From a virus (taxonomy: Duplodnaviria; Heunggongvirae; Uroviricota; Caudoviricetes), in the IMG/VR virus record IMGVR_UViG_2648501498_000002: 13,614 nt of DNA; one strand, given 5' to 3'. The notes beneath the pieces are model-generated. The model was given only the letters and a program-made list of their open reading frames with translations. It searched no databases and was not told the DNA's origin. Below, in pieces: positions 6,812 to 13,614 of this stretch. Position numbers and translations under genes: made by a program. Within the stretch, counting starts at the first letter, position 1; the number at the start of each line of letters is the position of its first letter.

Positions 6812-6990
6812 GTGGGGATATTCCCCGTGGAGAAATGATATGTAACACACATCGGGAACCTTTCTATATAAACATTATCATTATTGTCAATCATAACAGT
6901 CAGGTATTATGACGTTTATGCATCAGGGCCATCAGGAATTAACTGGTGGCTTTTTATTGTTGTCAGCTTCCGGATAACGGGAGACGGGGT

Positions 6991-7206
6991 ATGTACCAGA
7001 TGGAAAAAATCACAACAGGTGTGTCATACACCACGTCAGCGGTGGGGACGGGATACTGGCTACTGCAGTTGCTGGACAAAGTCTCCCCATCCCAGTGGGT
7101 GGCAATAGGCGTATTGGGTAGCCTGGTGTTTGGCTTGCTGACGTATCTGACAAACCTTTATTTCAAGATTAAAGAAGATAAGCGTAAGGCTGCGAGAGGT
7201 GAATAA
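6991..7206 (+). CDS. S: Class II holin / pinholin, phage-21 S21 type, with dual-start motif
   Basis: 71 aa, [71 protein letters not shown], with two TM domains and Met1/Met4 dual starts as in S21 (71-aa antiholin, 68-aa holin). Preceded by gggagacgggg. The ORF-track start at 6946 adds 15 residues not found in S21. Confidence 0.85.
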   Translation: MYQMEKITTGVSYTTSAVGTGYWLLQLLDKVSPSQWVAIGVLGSLVFGLLTYLTNLYFKIKEDKRKAARGE

Positions 7207-7703
7207 TGTCGCCATCATTACGCAAGGCTGTTGCTGCTGCTATTGGTGGTGGGGCTGTTGCCATAGCGTCTGTGCTCATCACTGGTCCGAGTGGTGACGA
7301 TGGCCTGGAAGGTGTCAGCTACATACCATACGAAGATATCGTTGGCGTATGGACTGTATGTCACGGACACACCGGAAAAGACATCATTCCCGGTAAAACG
7401 TATACCGAAGCAGAATGCAAAGCCCTCCTGAATAAAGACCTTGCCATGGTCGCCAGACAAATTAACCCGTACATCAAAGTCGATATACCGGAAACAACGC
7501 GCGGCGCTCTTTACTCGTTCGTTTACAACGTGGGCGCTGGTAATTTCAGAACATCGACGCTTCTTCGCAAAATAAACCAGGGTGATATCAAAGGCGCATG
7601 TGACCAGCTACGTCGCTGGACATACGCTGGCGGTAAGCAATGGAAAGGGCTGATGACCCGTCGTGATATTGAGCGTGAAGTCTGTTTGTGGGGGCAGCAA
7701 TGA
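7206..7703 (+). CDS. R: SAR endolysin (signal-anchor-release lysozyme, phage-21 R21 type)
   Basis: 165 aa. The N-terminal Gly/Ala-rich weak TM segment [20 protein letters not shown] is the SAR domain. Catalytic residues Glu35, Asp44 and Thr50 are in T4-lysozyme-like spacing (E-8-D-5-T). Start overlaps the holin stop (TAATG). Confidence 0.88.
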   Translation: MSPSLRKAVAAAIGGGAVAIASVLITGPSGDDGLEGVSYIPYEDIVGVWTVCHGHTGKDIIPGKTYTEAECKALLNKDLAMVARQINPYIKVDIPETTRGALYSFVYNVGAGNFRTSTLLRKINQGDIKGACDQLRRWTYAGGKQWKGLMTRRDIEREVCLWGQQ

Positions 7704-8137
7704 GCAGGGTAACCGCGATTATCTCCGCTCTGGTTATTTGCATCATCCTCTGCCTGTCATGGGCTGTTAATCATTACCGTGATAACGCCATCGCCTACAA
7801 AGAGCAGCGCGATAAAGCCACATCCATCATTGCTGATATGCAGAAGCGTCAACGTGATGTAGCAGAACTCGACGCAAGATATACAAAGGAACTTGCTGAT
7901 GCTAACGCGACTATCGAAAGTCTCCGTGCTGATGTTTCTGCTGGTCGTAAGCGCCTGCAAGTCGCCGCCACCTGTGCAAAGTCAACGACCGGAGCCAGCG
8001 GCATGGGCGATGGAGAAAGCCCAGGACTTACAGCAGATGCTGAACTCAATTATTACCGTCTCCGAAGTGGAATCGACAGGATAACCGCGCAGGTTAACTA
8101 CCTGCAGGAGTACATCAGGACGCAGTGCTTAAAATAA
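7700..8137 (+). CDS. Rz: Rz i-spanin (inner-membrane spanin subunit)
   Basis: ATG at 7700 overlaps the endolysin stop (ATGA). The translation [39 protein letters not shown]... matches the N-terminal TM and coiled-coil region of lambda Rz. The ORF-track start at 7688 is an upstream GTG. Confidence 0.85.
   Translation: MSRVTAIISALVICIILCLSWAVNHYRDNAIAYKEQRDKATSIIADMQKRQRDVAELDARYTKELADANATIESLRADVSAGRKRLQVAATCAKSTTGASGMGDGESPGLTADAELNYYRLRSGIDRITAQVNYLQEYIRTQCLK
7899..8084 (+). CDS. Rz1: Rz1 o-spanin (outer-membrane lipoprotein), embedded in the +1 frame of Rz
   Basis: ATG at 7899 preceded by aagga. 61 aa, [42 protein letters not shown]..., with a lipobox (VSAC) and a Pro-rich mature region, lying wholly inside Rz in a different frame as in lambda. 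Confidence 0.7.
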   Translation: MLTRLSKVSVLMFLLVVSACKSPPPVQSQRPEPAAWAMEKAQDLQQMLNSIITVSEVESTG

Positions 8138-8175
8138 TTTTAATTTCACTGAAATTTAACAAGTGACTTTCAGGA

Positions 8176-8204
8176 AAATGCCTCGCAGATGCGGGGCATT
8201 TTTG
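8176..8204 (+). terminator. Candidate intrinsic terminator downstream of Rz
   Basis: Stem gcctcgc (8180-8186) / gcggggc (8191-8197) with loop agat, flanked by an A-tract upstream and atttttg (8198-8204) downstream. Confidence 0.45.
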
Positions 8205-8355
8205 TACCGGTATTTCACCGCGCACCGCAGCGCACAATAAACACCGAACCTGACCCTTTGGAATGGGCCTTTGAGGATACCAGTTAGTGCTGGCGAGCCT
8301 CGGTGGGCTGGTTTCCTGTGCGGCAAAGGTTCATTTCAAAGAAGCAGGCAACGCC

Positions 8356-8904
8356 ATGAATGAATTAATTGCGAATCATGACTTCGACTTTCGCCAGTTA
8401 GTTACCGCAGCAGAAGGTCAACCGGTAACTGACACCTTCCAGATTGCTAGGGCATTTGGTAAACGCCATCAGCATGTGATTAGGGCTATTAAATGTTTGA
8501 GATGTTCTGAGGAATTCTCGACAACCCATTTTTGGGCCGTCGAGAAAATCAATGACTTAGGGATTTTTGACAAGAAACAGATTTACTACCGCATGGACTT
8601 TAGTGGCTTCGTTATGCTGGTTATGGGATTTAACGGGGCAAAAGCCGATGCTGTTAAAGAAGCCTATATCAATGCGTTTAACTGGATGTCAGCAGAACTC
8701 CGTAAGTACAGCGAAAGTTATGAAGCAGAACGTAACGCCGTAATGCTGGAGTACATGAAAGAGAAGGATGTCGCCAGCATGTCAGGCCGTCTGCTCAATC
8801 GCTGGGGGAGAACGAAAAAACCTCAATTGCTTGCAAAGCTGGAACGTCTGGAGAGACAGGGACAGTTTTTATTACCGGGATTCGATAAAGGTATTCAAGC
8901 CTGA
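8356..8904 (+). CDS. Rha-family phage regulatory protein (antirepressor-like)
   Basis: 182 aa from ATG 8356. The N-terminal region ...AEGQPVTDTFQIARAFGKRHQHVIRAIKCL... has the hallmark Rha-domain motif (gQPVttS..iAe.FgKrH.nVlR.I). The ORF-track start at 8287 is a GTG 23 codons upstream. Located between the lysis cassette and cos. Confidence 0.6.
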   Translation: MNELIANHDFDFRQLVTAAEGQPVTDTFQIARAFGKRHQHVIRAIKCLRCSEEFSTTHFWAVEKINDLGIFDKKQIYYRMDFSGFVMLVMGFNGAKADAVKEAYINAFNWMSAELRKYSESYEAERNAVMLEYMKEKDVASMSGRLLNRWGRTKKPQLLAKLERLERQGQFLLPGFDKGIQA

Positions 8905-9091
8905 CACATTATGCGCTGTATCGTCGCCGTATTCCCGCATTAACCATGACCGTAGCCCGACGGGGAATTCCTTCTGCGTGAGTGTGCGGGAATAATCAAA
9001 AACGATGCACACCGGGTTTTACTGTGCTGACAGACGCAGGGTTACCCTCATAGTCGCTTTTCCGGTGCGATGGTGGAAGAAACCGGGATGT

Positions 9092-9286
9092 TCATCCATC
9101 ATCACTTTGGATTGATGTATATGCTCTCTTTTCTGACGTTAGTCTCCGACGGCAGGCTTCAATGACCCAGGCTGAGAAATTCCCAGACCCTTTTTGCTCA
9201 AGAGCGATGTTAATTTGTTCAATCATTTGGTTAGGAAAGCGGATGTTGCGGGTTGTTGTTCTGCGGGTTCTGTTCTTCGTTGACAT
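9092..9286 (-). CDS. Small basic protein, YlcI/YnfO-like (DUF3950-type), possible ribbon-helix-helix fold
   Basis: 64-aa minus-strand ORF, MSTKNRTRRTTTRNIRFPNQMIEQINIALEQKGSGNFSAWVIEACRRRLTSE..., with a basic N-terminus and a beta-strand/helix/G-x-S/helix pattern. Size, orientation and position just upstream of the terminase small-subunit gene match ylcI of E. coli DLP12 as recalled. Confidence 0.5.
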   Translation of the reverse strand: MSTKNRTRRTTTRNIRFPNQMIEQINIALEQKGSGNFSAWVIEACRRRLTSEKRAYTSIQSDDG

Positions 9287-9439
9287 GAGGTTGCCCCGTA
9301 TTCAGTGTCGCTGATTTGTATTGTCTGAAGTTGTTTTTACGTTAAGTTGATGCAGATCAATTAATACGATACCTGCGTCATAATTGATTATTTGACGTGG
9401 TTTGATGGCGTAGATGCACGTTGTGACATGTAGATGATA

Positions 9440-9670
9440 ATCATTATCATATTGCGGGTCCTTTCCGGCGATCCGACATGTTACGGGGCGGCGACCTCGC
9501 GGGTTTTCGCTATTTATGAAAATTTTCCGGTTTAAGGCGTTTCCGTTCTTCTTCGCCGTAACTTCATGTTTTTATTTAAAACACCCCCTGAAAAGAAAGG
9601 AAACGACAGGTGCTGAAAACGGGCTTTTGGGCCTTTGTCGTTTCCTTTCTCTGTTTTTGGCCGTGGAATG
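9440..9670. other. cos packaging site (cosQ-cosN-cosB); cohesive-end sequence GGGCGGCGACCT at 9486-9497
   Basis: The sequence ...gtcataattgattatttgacgtggtttgatgg...gatccgacatgttacg GGGCGGCGACCT cgcgggttttcgctatttatgaaaattttccggtttaaggcg... matches the lambda right end, the 12-nt cohesive end and the left-end cosB region as recalled, immediately upstream of Nu1. Confidence 0.85.
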
Positions 9671-9674
9671 AACA

Positions 9675-10194
9675 ATGGAAGTCAACAAAAAGCAGCTGGC
9701 TGACATTTTCGGTGCGAGTATCCGTACCATTCAGAACTGGCAGGAGCAGGGAATGCCCGTTCTGCGAGGCGGTGGGAAGGGTAATGAGGTGCTTTATGAC
9801 TCTGCCGCCGTCATAAAATGGTATGCCGAAAGGGATGCTGAAATTGAGAACGAAAAGCTGCGCCGGGAAGTTGAAGAACTGCGGCAGGCCAGCGAGGCAG
9901 ATCTCCAGCCAGGGACTATTGAGTACGAACGCCATCGACTTACGCGTGCGCAGGCCGACGCACAGGAGCTGAAAAATGCCAGAGACTCCGCTGAAGTGGT
10001 GGAAACCGCATTCTGTACTTTCGTGCTGTCGCGGATCGCAGGTGAAATTGCCAGTATTCTCGACGGGATCCCCCTGTCGGTGCAGCGGCGTTTTCCGGAA
10101 CTGGAAAACCGACATGTTGATTTCCTGAAACGGGATATCATCAAAGCCATGAACAAAGCAGCCGCGCTGGATGAACTGATACCGGGGTTGCTGA

Positions 10195-10220
<26 letters not shown>
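9675..10220 (+). CDS. nu1: Terminase small subunit Nu1
   Basis: 181 aa, MEVNKKQLADIFGASIRTIQNWQEQGMPVLRGGGKGNEVLYDSAAVIKWYAERDAEIENEKLRREVEELRQ..., essentially identical to lambda gpNu1 in length and sequence. Confidence 0.95.

Positions 10221-13614
<3,394 letters not shown>

Noticed and set aside
6426-6894. ORF-track entries in the island: 6426-6620 (+, TTG start, 64 aa), 6450-6848 (-, 132 aa), 6676-6894 (-, 72 aa)
   Set aside because: They have non-ATG starts without RBS, run through predicted terminator hairpins on their own strand, and show no recognisable protein features. Treated as non-coding, with the RNA-level signals reported instead.
6884-6910. Plus-strand promoter TTGTCA (6884-6889) / TATTAT (6905-6910) upstream of the holin
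   Set aside because: The spacer is only 15 bp, and lysis genes are expected to be expressed by Q-antiterminated readthrough from the late promoter. Too weak to call.
5131-6990. tRNA genes or CRISPR repeats in the Q-S intergenic island, where lambdoid phages often carry tRNAs
   Set aside because: No cloverleaf-compatible sequence with a T-loop-like motif (GTTCGAATC or GTTCAAATC) or 3' CCA context was seen, and there are no regularly spaced direct repeats. The hairpins present are better explained as terminators or RNA structures.
8287-8995. GTG 8287 as the Rha start, and the overlapping ORF 8768-8995
   Set aside because: The 23 residues upstream of Met at 8356 add a hydrophobic extension not typical of Rha proteins, so ATG 8356 is preferred. 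ORF 8768-8995 overlaps the Rha 3' end out of frame with no RBS.

Overview
This window is a near-complete right-arm-to-left-arm segment of a lambda-like (lambdoid) prophage, read across an internal cos site. Identification rests on reading the translations against lambda protein sequences as I recall them; no database search was run. In order on the + strand: an N-terminally truncated replication gene O carrying lambda-type ori iterons, P, ren, the tR2 hairpin, a nin region (ninB, an adenine methyltransferase where lambda has ninC, ninD, ninE, ninF, ninG, the Ser/Thr phosphatase; no ninH), antiterminator Q with a pR'-like late promoter, an AT-rich cargo island, a phage-21-type lysis cassette (pinholin, SAR endolysin, Rz with embedded Rz1), a Rha-family gene, a minus-strand YlcI-like small gene, cos, and the packaging/head genes Nu1, A, W and the start of portal B. 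The most interesting region is the AT-rich island at about 5131-6990 between Q and the holin: it encodes a 252-aa polytopic membrane protein I cannot assign to any family, plus promoter/terminator signals and hairpins on both strands. The second notable point is that O appears disrupted next to a short palindrome whose right arm resembles an IS50/Tn5 transposon end, so the prophage may be replication-defective. No tRNA genes or CRISPR arrays were seen.
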